64,000 nucleotides of DNA from an uncultured Hormoscilla sp. (GCA_963921275.4 OZ001293.3:2816001-2880000); one strand, 5' to 3'; positions 32,309 through 43,960 are shown, counted from the first letter of the stretch. A program made the numbers and translations. The notes: a model not told the origin generated them from the sequence alone.

Positions 32309-32468
32309 CCTCACAGCGCTGCGTTTAAACGGGTGCATCTGGTATAAAGTCCGCGAACTCTATTGACCAATAACCCATATTAAAACATTAAAAACGTCAA
32401 AGGCAAAAGAAACAGAGCCGATTCTTTTGCCTTTGAACTACAGAAGCCGAGAATGGTTTTACCTTAAA

Positions 32469-32738
32469 TTACAGCACTTGCTCCACTTCAGCAATCTCGG
32501 GGATGTACTCTCGCAGGCGGCGCTCAATTCCCATTTTCAGAGTCATAGTAGAGCTAGGACAAGAACCACAGGCACCTTGTAGCCGCAGTTTGACAACGGG
32601 ACCGTCAATCTCTGTCAACTCTACATTACCGCCGTCAGCCATCAGATAAGGGCGCAGTTCATCCAGAACCGCTTCCACGTTCTCGGGTGTGAGTTCCAAT
32701 GGGCCTTCTAATGGGGCTTCTAATGTTGCTTGAGACAT
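32469..32738 (-). CDS. nfuA: NifU C-terminal domain (Nfu-type) Fe-S scaffold
   Basis: [14 protein letters not shown]...[11 protein letters not shown]. Confidence 0.88.
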   Translation of the reverse strand: MSQATLEAPLEGPLELTPENVEAVLDELRPYLMADGGNVELTEIDGPVVKLRLQGACGSCPSSTMTLKMGIERRLREYIPEIAEVEQVL

Positions 32739-32809
32739 AGTTACCTCTAATTACTTTATCCAATTCCGATTCGATCCTAGCTTATTCCCTAGAAATAGAC
32801 TGTTAATTT

Positions 32810-33460
32810 CTAGACCTTAGCTGGTTGGTGAAGCTTCACGTTAGAGTAGTCAAACACCGTGGTTGTCAACTCACCTTGGCGATCAGTGCGGATCTGCTGA
32901 TGTGTCATCAGGTAGTAATCGCCAATTTGGGAGTAGGTGTCTTCAAATTCCACTGACTGGATAGTATCACCTGTCTGGGAATTGCGGAAGACAGCATCAT
33001 ACCGAGTTGGCAAATAACCGGCACCCGTATCCAGGCACTCGTGAGTATCAATAACAAAGGTCATCTCACCCATTACCCGATAGACGTAGCAGATCGTGCG
33101 ATCGCGAATTTTGTAATTCGACCCCATCGCCGCGCCGTCAACCATAATTTCTACAGCCCCCGTGCTGTCTGTTGCTCCAGTGGTAAAGATATTTTTCCCG
33201 TGGGCCTGCTCGAAAGGCGTGCGTTTGCGGTGGGTAATGACATCATTGAGCTGGTTCAATATCCCCTTTTGCACCTCTGGGTCAGGGATACCAGAGACCT
33301 CTACAGTCAGGTCGTGGTTGATGCCGATCTTGCCAGTGTAGACTTCGTCACCTTGCTGGACCTGGATATCGGCGCTGTAACCAGGGAAATTATCATCCCA
33401 GGTATAACGGTTTTCGTAAGCGGCGCGAAATAAGTCGCGAGCAGCTTGTGGTTCCCTCAT
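32810..33460 (-). CDS. DUF3386-like conserved cyanobacterial protein
   Basis: ARDLFRAAYENRYTWD.NFPGY. Confidence 0.75.
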   Translation of the reverse strand: MREPQAARDLFRAAYENRYTWDDNFPGYSADIQVQQGDEVYTGKIGINHDLTVEVSGIPDPEVQKGILNQLNDVITHRKRTPFEQAHGKNIFTTGATDSTGAVEIMVDGAAMGSNYKIRDRTICYVYRVMGEMTFVIDTHECLDTGAGYLPTRYDAVFRNSQTGDTIQSVEFEDTYSQIGDYYLMTHQQIRTDRQGELTTTVFDYSNVKLHQPAKV

Positions 33461-33489
33461 CTCTTGCAGGATCTCCTTGGACTTCTATA

Positions 33490-34590
33490 TTATTTATCAG
33501 CCATCGCGAAGTTAGCGAAGCTGAGCTGATTAACCTTATCCCACCCATAAACCTGGGCGCGAAAAGCCTTCCACTGTTCGTAGACTTGTTTAAAGGTAGC
33601 GTCTTTACTGGTATCTTCTTCATATAAGTCAAAAGAGGCCCGTTCGGCTGCTTGCAGAATTTCGCGAGAATAGGGCCGCAGCTGGGTGCCACCAGCAACC
33701 AAGCGTTTCAGGGCCGCACCGTTTTTGGCATCATACTTAGCTAGCATATTCATATTCGCCTCAAAGGCAGCGGTCTGAAAAATTTCCTGATACTCTTTGG
33801 GTAGCTTGGACCAAGCAGTTTTATTCACCTGCACTTCTAAGGTAGGACCTGGCTCCCACCAGCCCGGATAATAGTAAAACTTCGCCGCTTTATGTAAACC
33901 CAGCTTCTCGTCATCGTAGGGCCCAACCCACTCAGCAGCATCAAGAGCCCCTCTTTCCAGGGCCAGAAAAATCTCCCCTCCGGGCAGCACCTGAGCATTC
34001 ACCCCCAAACTGGCCATCACCTTACCCCCTAGTCCGGGGATGCGCATTTTCAGTCCCTTCAGGTCTGCAACTGCTTGAATTTCCCGCTTAAACCAGCCTC
34101 CCATCTGGGTGCCGGTGTTACCAGCGGGAAAATTGATCGCATTGAAGTCAGCCATTATTTTCTGCATGGCCTCCAGTCCGCCGCCGTGGTACAGCCAGGC
34201 ATTTTGCTGCTGGGCCGTCAGACCAAAGGGCACAGCAGTGCCAAAGGCCAGGGCATGATTTTTGCCAATATAATAATAGCTGGCCGTGTGACCGCATTCG
34301 ACAGTCCCTTGTTGGACAGCATCGAGCACTTGTAATCCCGGCACGATCTCGCCACCAGCAAAGGGAGTAATGGTAAAGCGTCCGCCAGTCATGTCAGAGA
34401 CCCGATCGCACACCGTTTGGGCCCCTCTGAAGATCGTATCGAGGGATTTAGGCCAGCTGGTTGCCATTCGCCATCTGAGATTGGGCAGATCGGAGCTAGC
34501 AGTCTCAACCGAAGGACCGCTACAAGCTCCTATTGGTGCTACCGTAGCAGCACCAAGGGCACCGTTGCGAAGAATTGTTCTGCGTTTCAT
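33490..34590 (-). CDS. TRAP transporter substrate-binding protein (DctP/TakP-like)
   Basis: MKRR Tat-like signal, [39 protein letters not shown]. Confidence 0.88.
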   Translation of the reverse strand: MKRRTILRNGALGAATVAPIGACSGPSVETASSDLPNLRWRMATSWPKSLDTIFRGAQTVCDRVSDMTGGRFTITPFAGGEIVPGLQVLDAVQQGTVECGHTASYYYIGKNHALAFGTAVPFGLTAQQQNAWLYHGGGLEAMQKIMADFNAINFPAGNTGTQMGGWFKREIQAVADLKGLKMRIPGLGGKVMASLGVNAQVLPGGEIFLALERGALDAAEWVGPYDDEKLGLHKAAKFYYYPGWWEPGPTLEVQVNKTAWSKLPKEYQEIFQTAAFEANMNMLAKYDAKNGAALKRLVAGGTQLRPYSREILQAAERASFDLYEEDTSKDATFKQVYEQWKAFRAQVYGWDKVNQLSFANFAMADK

Positions 34591-34789
34591 AATGGTCAAG
34601 AGAAGCACGAATAATTAAACTACTAGCAGATTTTGTTATAGTAGCTACATTTAACTGGAAATACGATACTTCACTAGTTAGCGAGTTGTAGAATTACTGG
34701 CTAAAATGAGAACCTACCGGAGAAAAATATTTGCTGGTTAGTGCTTCTCTGGGGGAAAATGACGAGCGATTTGACCAATAGACAATTTC

Positions 34790-35245
34790 ATGCTTAACGT
34801 TCTTGCTGCCCGGTGGGGTCGCCTCTCGGTAGTCACCACGGTTTTACTAGCCATGGGTATGAGTGCGGGGGCAGCTTTGGCGCAACTGCGGATATATAAT
34901 CCCAAACCCCTGCCATTCAGCAATGAGATTACAGATACCCTCTCGGACAATGATATTCCCACTGGCCAGGGTGGGTTTGCCAGAGACTACACGGTGATCT
35001 TAAAGGAGGGAGACCAGATCACCATCGACCTGACTAGCGACCAGTTCGATACGATCGTCACGTTGCTGGATGCCAATGGCTCGACGGTGGCGGAAAATGA
35101 TGATGGTCCCGACGGTAGCACCAACTCTCTGCTGTTTGCCCGGATCGTCGAATCTGGTAGCTATATTGTCCGAGTGCGAGCCTTTGGGGAAAAGCGGGGT
35201 GGCAACTTTAGCCTGAAACTGACCCGCCTCCGCCCAGTTCTCTAG
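34790..35245 (+). CDS. Secreted pre-peptidase C-terminal (PPC) domain protein
   Basis: Signal peptide; GDQITIDLTSDQFD...ENDD...SGSYIVRV. Confidence 0.75.
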   Translation: MLNVLAARWGRLSVVTTVLLAMGMSAGAALAQLRIYNPKPLPFSNEITDTLSDNDIPTGQGGFARDYTVILKEGDQITIDLTSDQFDTIVTLLDANGSTVAENDDGPDGSTNSLLFARIVESGSYIVRVRAFGEKRGGNFSLKLTRLRPVL

Positions 35246-35305
35246 TTCCTGGCACCGGCGCTCCGGTGCCGAAAAAAAATTTTTTGGTTAAATGGGAAAA
35301 AAGGG

Positions 35306-35334
35306 TTGTCAACTCAGATCGAGAGTGTTATATT
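35306..35334 (+). promoter_or_regulatory. Sigma70-type promoter for tRNA-Phe
   Basis: TTGTCA-17 nt-TATATT, preceded by A/T tracts. Confidence 0.55.
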
Positions 35335-35359
35335 AGGTAAAGCACGAAAAAAAGAGTGC

Positions 35360-35432
<73 letters not shown>

Positions 35433-35540
35433 TGTTTATCGGACATCTTCGCCCACCAAGCTTTTCATCGGGCCTGCTCTCTCTACTACCGGTGGCTATC
35501 TGTGCGGAGAGGGGGCGATCGCCCGTTTCTCAACCTGCTG

Positions 35541-36008
35541 CTAAAACTTAATATTTTTCCACTCCCGTGCTTCGGCAAACAGTCTCAAATGTTTGACATT
35601 TTTAGTAGCAACAACAACGTATTGACCTGGATATTCTTCAGTGAGGAGTTTCCAGTGAGCAGAGATAATGATATCTGCATCAATATTTTTATTGTCTGCT
35701 GTCTGCATTCCTTGACTCCGCGCCTCAGCCCAAAGTTGAGCTGCTTCTTTCATTACTTTTTTAGTCAGGGGTAAAAAACAAATAATTTTTTGCAGCGTAT
35801 CTAGCCTATCTATCCCGGCAACATTTGGCTTTGTCATTGATGCTAGAAGTAAACCTCTCCTGACTTCATAATCGCAAATATCTGAAGTTACTACAGATGC
35901 GCTTCTAGCAAGCAAACTCTCAAACCATTTTTGACATTCTTTTGCTTCTCCAGTATTTTGGGGCGACGCCACTAACCCCAGTATTCCCGTGTCTAATAAA
36001 ACAATCAT
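35541..36008 (-). CDS. PIN-domain (VapC-like) toxin
   Basis: LLDTGILG, DYEVRRGL, DADIII, VATKNVKHL. Confidence 0.85.
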   Translation of the reverse strand: MIVLLDTGILGLVASPQNTGEAKECQKWFESLLARSASVVTSDICDYEVRRGLLLASMTKPNVAGIDRLDTLQKIICFLPLTKKVMKEAAQLWAEARSQGMQTADNKNIDADIIISAHWKLLTEEYPGQYVVVATKNVKHLRLFAEAREWKNIKF

Positions 36009-36682
36009 TATTCTGAGTAAATTTTATGCCCTGGCAGGCGCGTACTATCAACAATTTCCTTAAAATATTCAAAATAGATTTCTCTTTCCTTTGCTTCTTC
36101 TTCTGTGACTTCTTCTTCCAGCCATCCTCTTATTATGGCGATCGCCGCTTGATTTTTTTGCAATTGTTCCTCTGGAGTGCGTCCTTGATGTTTCACAAAT
36201 GGGGTCAACTCATTGTCGAAGCGGTTGACTATCTCCCCTAATACATGAGATTTACTTTTCGATCGCATGTATTGCAAGAGCGATGCAGTACCTCCTTCGT
36301 AAGCAGCAGCCAGTTCGGCATTGAGGGGGTTTTCCTGGAGGTAAAGCAGTTGCAAGTTAGCCAGTTGGACCATTGCCTCTGGCAGGTTGGTTATTTTGTT
36401 TTCCGAGATGTCGAGCACTTGCAAGTTAACGAGTCGTCCGATCGCCTCTGGCAGGCTGGTTATTTTGTTTCCTCTGAGGTTAAGCACTCGCAAGTTAACC
36501 AGTAGTCCGATAGCTTCTGGCAGGTTAGTTATTTGGTTTTCTTTGAGTTCGAGCTTTTGCAAGTTAGGGAGTTGTCCGATCGCCTCTGGCACCTCGGTGA
36601 GACCTAACTTATTGAGGCCTAGTGCTATCCCCTCATCTCGCCGTACTTGTTCGATGCGCTGCTCTGCTGCCTCTATTGCCAT
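36008..36682 (-). CDS. LRR N-terminus (Roco-type) fused to an antitoxin-like C-terminus
   Basis: About four 23-aa LRRs (LPEAIG.L.NL..L.L..N.I) and cap ENPLNAELAAAY, then NQAAIAIIRGWLEEE...FKEIVDSTR; 1-nt overlap with the PIN gene. Confidence 0.7.
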   Translation of the reverse strand: MAIEAAEQRIEQVRRDEGIALGLNKLGLTEVPEAIGQLPNLQKLELKENQITNLPEAIGLLVNLRVLNLRGNKITSLPEAIGRLVNLQVLDISENKITNLPEAMVQLANLQLLYLQENPLNAELAAAYEGGTASLLQYMRSKSKSHVLGEIVNRFDNELTPFVKHQGRTPEEQLQKNQAAIAIIRGWLEEEVTEEEAKEREIYFEYFKEIVDSTRLPGHKIYSE

Positions 36683-36876
36683 CGCTTTTCCTCCTCACTA
36701 CTCTTCTCAACCGGATGCCATACTTTCTGCTCTTTCGGGAATATCTATCTTCTACTATCCCATTTTAACTAACTCCCTCCGCCGCTGTCAAGGTATTAGG
36801 GTAAGTAGCCCTATCCGTTCCGCTGCCACCCCCATGATAGCATGGTGAGCGATCGCCCCATCCCCAGGTCGGCGAT

Positions 36877-38297
36877 TTAACTGTACTCATCTTCATACTG
36901 AAATTGCGGATGTACCCAAAGAAATTCGCGGCGCTTGTTTTGCACCCGCACTAAGCCCCCAAAGCTTGGGTCTTCTTTCTTTAAAATTGCGTGTAGTTCG
37001 CGCAATATCGCCCCTTCCGCCCGCACTGCGCCATCGAGACCTTCCCATTCCGGTGCATCCTCAGACCCTTCCAGTAGTTTATCACTTCCTTCTATGGTAG
37101 CATCAAGAGTCTCTTGAGAGAGTTCCAGTTCTGCTTCTATGGCAGCATAAGCCGCTTCATCCAGAACCGCTTTAGTAGCAGCGCCTGCTACTAAAGCACT
37201 AAACTTAAGGTTGTTGTCATTATCTTGAGAAATGGCTTTGCCTTCACTAGCCACTTTCGTGGTAAATATAACTCATAGACCCCTTTCTTATTCCCTTCAG
37301 GATTTAAGGCCGGGAGTGGCAGACGGGAGTGTTCGCACCACAGGGTGAGTTTGTATTTGCGGCCCATCCATTTCGGGAAATCGAAAAATCCCGGCTCAAG
37401 GGGCTGGAAACTGAACAGTCGGGGACCGTCTTTCGCTTCATCCAAGAGTATCTGCTGGAACTGAGTAAATTGTAAATCAATTTGACTCAGTATTGCCTGC
37501 TGTTCCCTGCTGAATTGCGGTTGGTCCTCTTGGCTAGCGAGTTGGCGGATGTCTTGCAATTTTTCTGTCTGTTGGGAGTCGAGAGTGACTGGAGGGCTCC
37601 CTGAAGATGGCCCATTCCGTAATAAACTATCAATATTTACCCATCCATCGCATCCCAACAAGTCGCAAAGATATTCATTTTGACCTTTATTTTTGAATTT
37701 AATCAATCTTTCTACTTCAAACAGTCCGTACTCCTATACTCTAGCAAGGCCCGACCATTGTAATCATCATCCAGCAGCAGACCTCGTTTCCAATGTACGC
37801 TATCTTCGTAGTTTGCCCGACCGAGGGAATATTTATGCAGGCGCACGATTAATTAATAAAACAGTCCTTCGGCATTAGCGGAATTTCCGTTTTCATCGAC
37901 AATACGACAAATTTGCTGCTTTTCTTCATGGCTTTTGAGTTTATGGCCCCAGTTTGCTTCTAGTTTCTCCCCGGGGCGCTTATCCGACACCAACTGCGCG
38001 ATCGAGCTAGTCTCCCCGGGTTTTCCACTGGACGGATCTACCACGCGATAGGATAGGTCGAAGCGTTCCCTCAACTTCCGGAATATGGGGTGTAACTCTA
38101 AGGGATAGCGTTCCGTTTCCTCTCGATCGGGGGTTGTGCCACAACAGGTTCAGACGGCTAAAATCAACTAAACCCTGCCTTTCCAGGATTTCCTTATCGT
38201 CCAGGACGAAACTAATTGCTTTTGCCAACCAGTCCAGTTTGAGTATGACGATATTTTTCAGAAGAGGATCCTGATGATAATAAATGAGATTACCCAA
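36877..38297 (-). pseudogene. COR-domain remnant of a Roco (LRR-Roc-COR) protein
   Basis: LG.LIYY..D..L...VIL..DWL.KAISFVLDD, ERFDLSYRV, LWCEHS, GGLVRVQNKRREFLWVH; several frameshifts. Confidence 0.7.
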
Positions 38298-38775
38298 GGT
38301 ATGGGAGGAGCAGGAATAAGTCTGCTTCTTCCCGGTCCATCTCCTGTTCTGCGCACAGTTCGATTGGCAGAAACAGAATGGCCGAGGGTAAAGGGAGAAT
38401 TATTAACCACTCTGGCAACTCATGATGAATGGAGCGCTGGGAAAGCAAAGATCGAAATTTTCCTCCATGAGGGGATGCTGGATGAGGCGATCGCAATTGT
38501 GGATAATTTCCGTTATTGCGATGACCGAATCATTCACTTGGGTGATGGAAGCTACCGCAGCCCACCGTCCTGATTGGGTGATCGAAAATGCCTGTAGTCG
38601 AGCCATATCTATTATGAACGAGAAAAAGGCAAAATATTACGATGAGGCCGTTGGCTGGTTGAAAAAGGCGAAGGCAGCCTATCTGGCATCGGGACGAACC
38701 AAAGAGTGGTCTACCTATTTAAGTGAGTTAAGGAAGAAACACGCTCGCCAGTACAAGCTGATGGGATTACTCTAA
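38290..38775 (+). pseudogene. C-terminal fragment of a SWIM zinc-finger-associated protein
   Basis: IEIFLHEGMLDEAIA...HRPDWVI...KAKYYDEAVGWLKKAKAAY...YKLMGLL; frameshifted and 5'-truncated. Confidence 0.6.
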
Positions 38776-39183
38776 ATGAACTAAATAGGTAATTTTGTGG
38801 GAGCATCTCTGCACTCAAATCCCCCAATTGGTATGATAATTCCCGCTCTAGGGGACGGGTGAATGGCAATTAGATAACCACAGGCAAAAATTATGGTCGC
38901 CGGTGAAAAAAAGCGCGAATTACACCAGTCCGAGTGAAGATTGGGCCCACAGCAGGTAAAAATTAGGCAAAAAGATAGATATAGAAGCCAAAAGCCAGAA
39001 GAGTTATGCTAAAAGGAAAAATCATTAAACCGCAATAGGCGATCAGGCTCGGTCGATGGCGGTGGTCCCGGCACCAGTCGAGACGAAGGGGATGATTCGG
39101 GAGCTATAACCCACTTTTAACCAACAGGGTCTAGTATGAGAAAGTGCATTGATACTGGTGGCAAACGCTGAGCGGACAGAAAC

Positions 39184-39923
39184 ATGAAAGCACCATTACC
39201 CGATCGCGAATCTCAGAGAATCGCACAGCTTTTGCAGTATGGGATTCTCAATCCAACAGCGGAAGTGGATTTTGAAGATTTCACCCGTTTAGCAGCCCTG
39301 ACTTGTGGCACCCCCATGGCGGCCATCAGCATAGTATGGCGGTACGGGGTTAGGATTGACAATTTGCAAGGAGTTAGTAACTCTTTGGGGAGGGAAAATT
39401 GGCATCAAGTCTCAGCTAAATCAAGGGTCGGAATTTTGGTTGACATTGCCTTGCTCTAAACAAACCACCTCGCGGAATGCGGTGCCAGATGTGAGCTATC
39501 TGACCGATCGGCGGCTGTTAGTGGTGGATGATAATGCTACTAATCGCAAGGTCGTGCATTATCAAGTGGCTCCTTGGGATGGTATGCGATGAGGCGGAAA
39601 ATGCAACTGTTGCTTATGAAATGCTAGAGCAGGCTGCCGAGGAAAATCACCCTTACGATCTGGCTCTGATCGATATGCAAATGCCAGAAACTGATGGCAT
39701 GACTCTCGGAGAACAGATTAAGGCGAATTCAAATCTAGCAGGGGTGCCTTTGGTGATGTTCACTTCCACGGAGCGACGAGACAAAGTGCGGCACGCGCTC
39801 GATATCGGCTTTGCGGCTTATCTAGTCAAACCGATCAAAGCCTCCCGCTTGTTTGATACGTCCGATCGCCAATCATTTTCGCGATACATATTTATTTTTT
39901 TTCAGCGGTTTCCACAAAAATAG
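39184..39923 (+). pseudogene. Hybrid histidine kinase remnant (GAF, HATPase and receiver fragments)
   Basis: MKAPLPDRESQR..., [50 protein letters not shown]. Confidence 0.75.
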
Positions 39924-40209
39924 AATGCAATGAGTACCGGTCTTCACATCTTATGAATTGGTTTACTCTCTTTAATAGTGAGTTGAAGCTGTGATGCTTC
40001 AAATTGCATAATGCAAAATGATCATCAGCTCTGAAATTATTATGGGTAAAGGGTTGCCACGATTTTACCCTTATACCCAGTGCCCGTAGCGCTAGCCCAA
40101 ATATGCAGTGAGCGATGCGCGACAGCTTATCAACCTGAAAAACGCTGTAATCCTTGTTTTCTTTTCGGTTAACACTCTCAAAATCTGGACTTCATCAAGT
40201 CTACAACTG

Positions 40210-41240
40210 CTATAATATTAAATTATGCTTGCTAAATAGAATGTTAAAAACAAGGGAGCTTTCATAATAGCTTCCAAGAGGTAATTTAACTAACTGCCTA
40301 CTCTTGTCTTCGGTGATTAAATAAGTTTCATATCCTAATGAATTCATGAATTCTCTCAGTTCTGTTTCATTCGTGCCCATTTGTCGCAATCCAAATCTGT
40401 TAATCTCGCAAATAATCTAGCCCACATCATACTTTGAAATTGTATTTACTGCTCCCTTTATCACATCAAGCTCTGCTCCTTCAGTATCAATTTTCATCAT
40501 TTTTATCTGACCGATATTTTCTTGCTGGTTGAGAATATCATCAACTGTATATAGTTGAGAATTCTGCATTATTTGCTTCTCCCTACTTTTTTTATTGAAT
40601 GCATGTTTCCCTACATCCCACAAAGCATGACCGCCATCATTATCTTGATTGTAAAATATTTGTGTTTGCTTCGTTTCCGAACCAATAGCCAGATTAAATA
40701 CACTGACACTGTTGTTTAAGTTATTAAGACTAATATGTTCTAACCTAAGTTGCTACCTATAGAACCTCAACTCCTTGCAAAGCGCCAAAATCAGCCAAAA
40801 TCAGCCAAAATTACCTTGTGATTTACCCCAAAACAGCATTTTGGCGAATAAATTTACCAAAATGGCTGTCTGGGAGGTCGCAATTTTTATAGGTAGCAAC
40901 TTGAGTTATGTTCTAATATTTTTTTATAATTTTCTATTTCTGGCTCAAAAGCAAAAACTTTACCTGCGCTACCCACTATTCTTGCAGCTATAACTGAATA
41001 ATATCCAATATGAGCGCCTATATCTACAAACACGTCACCTTTTTGTAGATATCTGCGAATTAATCTAAAGGTTGATTGCTCATATACTTCACCTTTTTCT
41101 GCCGAGTCAAGCATCATTTTTTGAGTCATTTTATTAGAGTCTAGGAATAGCTTTATTTCTTGATTTTTTTGTCTAATAGAGTTGTCTTCCCACCATTCTA
41201 AGATGATAACTTTTTTATGATTATTTTCTGGATTTTTCAT
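40210..41240 (-). pseudogene. FkbM-family methyltransferase disrupted by a MITE and a nonsense codon
   Basis: FVDIGAHIGYYS, FAFEP, MKIDTEGAE; TAG at 40417. Confidence 0.85.
40743..40906. mobile_element. 164-bp IS982-type MITE (family B)
   Basis: TIR ACCTAAGTTGCTACCTAT / ATAGGTAGCAACTTGAGT, one mismatch per end versus the IS982 at 16902; 9-bp TSD TATGTTCTA. Confidence 0.9.
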
Positions 41241-41429
41241 TATATTTTTCCCTCTAAATCATTGCCCAATATCTGTTCACCAGTAATCACATTTACCTTA
41301 ATTTTTATATCTTTGGCAACCCAATAGCTCTGTTCGAGGCTCCTTTGCTGTAAGTCGGAGTGGTTATGTCACTTTACCTGTTTCTGATCTAGACTACATC
41401 AAATTATATCGGTATTCCGCAAGATAGTC

Positions 41430-41813
41430 CTATACCCGCGCACCAGCACGTTCCGCCACAAAATTCAGCGCATTCCGACAAGCGTTGTACTCTTGGTTTG
41501 TGGTCGGCAACTCATCACCGGTCTTGAAACTCAGCGATCGCAGCACCGCATTGACACCGGTGGTGGCATTGGAGACAAAGGCCAACTCAGTCTCGTCAGC
41601 ACCGACAAACGCCCCTAACTGACAGCGAGCATCATCCAGCAGCGGTTCCAAATCCCGAACAAAAAAGCCTACAGGATTGCGCTCCAACTGAGATCGCCAA
41701 TATTGCTGCCGTTCTAGTACCGGTAGCGGACAGGCCCCAAAAGATCCATGATTGAGATAGGCCAATGTTGGATCGAGGTACCAGAACTCCCTCCAATCAG
41801 TTTCCTGATACAT
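41430..41813 (-). pseudogene. Class V aminotransferase (isopenicillin-N epimerase-like), 3'-truncated
   Basis: YLNHGSFGACP, FVSNATTGVN; only 127 aa. Confidence 0.8.
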
Positions 41814-41980
41814 AAGTACATAGATAAAATTATTTTGATATTTTTCCCAGCCGTCAATTCCAGAGAAGTTAAATCCCTGAAAGCCTTATGAGATATGGCT
41901 TGATCGCCCTAATCACCCTGCCCGTTCGCGCTTTTCCACAAATCTAAAAATCATTTTGCACAACTCCTTATCTGTTTAAA

Positions 41981-42318
41981 CTCCCCAGGCTGGATTCGAA
42001 CCAGCGACCAATCGGTTACACTTATCCCCACGTTTCCGCAGGGGGCGGACTATCTCATCATCCTGATGGGATGTCGGGCGCTTGTGGGATTTATTGGACA
42101 GGCTCCTCATCCCTAGTCTCTGCACCTTTCTGGCTACCTGTGGAAACCACCGCCTTTCGCCAGACTTGGCTCAGGATTACCGGCATCCTAAATGCTACGG
42201 CTTCCCTGAATTCACCCGATTTTCCACTATTCGTTACCGAATAGCGCTGCTAAGTCATCGATGCAGCACTTGCATCTGTTCCAAACAGCCGATCGCTCTA
42301 CCGCTGAGCTACTGAGGA
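41981..42318 (-). tRNA. trnN: tRNA-Asn(GTT), split by a group I intron
   Basis: Exon 1 42318-42285 TCCTCAGTAGCTCAGCGGTAGAGCGATCGGCTGT plus exon 2 42018-41981 TAACCGATTGGTCGCTGGTTCGAATCCAGCCTGGGGAG give a 72-nt cloverleaf with anticodon loop CTGTTAA. Confidence 0.93.
42019..42284 (-). ncRNA. Group I self-splicing intron (IC3-like), 266 nt, no ORF
   Basis: P AATTCAGGGAA, Q AATCCTGAGC, R GTGCAGAGACTA, S GAGATAGTCC; 5' exon ends in U and intron ends in G; IGS TTAGCAGC. Confidence 0.92.
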
Positions 42319-42330
42319 TTGACATTTACT

Positions 42331-42360
42331 AATGTAGCAAGACTCGATCTGATTTGTCAA
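42331..42360 (-). promoter_or_regulatory. Sigma70-type promoter for tRNA-Asn
   Basis: TTGACA-18 nt-TACATT on the minus strand, with an upstream A/T tract. Confidence 0.6.
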
Positions 42361-42387
42361 CCCTTTTGGAAAAAAAATTTTTTTTTC

Positions 42388-42930
42388 CTATTTCAGACCC
42401 ATCCGCAACTGGGCGAGACGCGCTTGAGTGCTGGGGTCTAGGGATTTTACCATAAATCTGCTAGATGATTTTTTGGCTGGTAACTGGTGCCGGCCCACCT
42501 TACTGGTCATTGATGCCACCTCCGAGGCCAACTGAGTTGCGGAAATGCATTCTGCCCCATATCCCACCACCGTCACTTGCTGAACTTGGTCTGAGGTGAC
42601 CGCGATTATTCGCTGCCGGTACTTCCGCACATCGTCGCGAAACTTGGCACAGGTTATCTCTATATAAGAATCTGCTGTTTAGCCAAACTCAGTGTAATGG
42701 ACCGATAAGTTTTCCGTCACCACCTCGCGAGTCTTGGGGGTGTAATGAGCATCAAACACCAGGATAATCTCAAAACCCTGCCAGGCACTGTAATTAGTTA
42801 ACACCTCAACCAGCTGCTCGCGCGCCGCCTGTAGACCGTGGCGCGCGAGGGTCTTTTGCAGCGAAGTCCATGCTCCGATCACGTTGTAGCCGTCCACCAG
42901 CACAACTGCTTTTGGTAATGCCCGTCCCAT
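42388..42930 (-). pseudogene. NYN-domain (YacP-like) RNase with an in-frame stop
   Basis: LVDGYNVIG, LVFDA, G*TADSYI, VTSD; TAA at 42679. Confidence 0.8.
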
Positions 42931-43449
42931 TGCTTTACATACTTATGGTTTAAATTCCTTTATATTTATTATTGCATTTTTTGTAGCGTTTTGTTAATTA
43001 CTCTTGACAAATTAGCCTACATTTACTTGTCAGTGGTCAGTTGTTAGTTGTCATATCTTCTCCGGGTAATTGCCCACACTTCCCGATCCCCCCAGGGTAA
43101 GCGCAAGAATCATGCTTGGGGCATCTATTATCAACTATCATGATAATGATTGCCTTCTTCTTGCTAATCTGGATCGCACATCGCGAGGACATCTCCACCT
43201 AATTTCAAGCACTGGTAACCGATCGCCTACACCTTACGCTGATACTAGATTGCGTCCAAAGTTGGTTAGGGTTCCACCACCCCCTCTATCTCTGGCATTA
43301 CCCAGTCACACAAGATCGAGGCTGGATGAATAGAGTAGGCCATTTGCAGTCCTTCTTTTCGGCGAACTAGCTCAAATCCCAAGTTTAGCAGCACCCTATC
43401 AATCGTTTTGAAGTTAATAAATCGCCACTTTACTTTAGTCCCCACAATA

Positions 43450-43960
43450 TTATCTTACCACTCCCTTGCCGCTGCTAGCAACTGTAATTATCTTTTTGTT
43501 GGCATTGCGTTTTTGCTCTTTGGACGGCCACTGGAAATGGGGATATAAGGGCGATCGCCATTGTTTTCGGTAATACCGTAATTGTGCCAATACTTCATCA
43601 GGTATATTGATTGTTTTTGCCAGACCAAAATATTTTTCCAGTAAGTGCAAAATCCCGAGCGCCCGTTGCATCGGCACTGGGTTACTCATCACTTTTATCG
43701 TCGAACCACTTTCTGCGCCTTTGATAAGTTTTTTTTCTGTCTTCATAAGATTCTGGATAATCCCAAGTAATATTTCCGATGGGGATCACTTTGCGGACAT
43801 CCAAATCCGATATTCCTCCTACCGCCGCGCCCCATCCCGCCAACTCCGCATGATGGGATTTACATAGAATCAGTCCCGTACCCTGGCGAGGCCCTATTCT
43901 CAGCATCTGTCCCGACTGGAACTGGAGCAACACTGGATTTTTTAATTGGATCTTGTTCAT
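43450..43960 (-). pseudogene. Conserved cyanobacterial hypothetical protein, frameshifted
   Basis: Two overlapping ORFs (43682-43960 and 43450-43746) that read as one protein. Confidence 0.45.

Noticed and set aside
42082..42315. 77-aa ORF as an intron homing endonuclease
   Set aside because: It is antisense to the intron/tRNA and has no LAGLIDADG, HNH or GIY-YIG motif.
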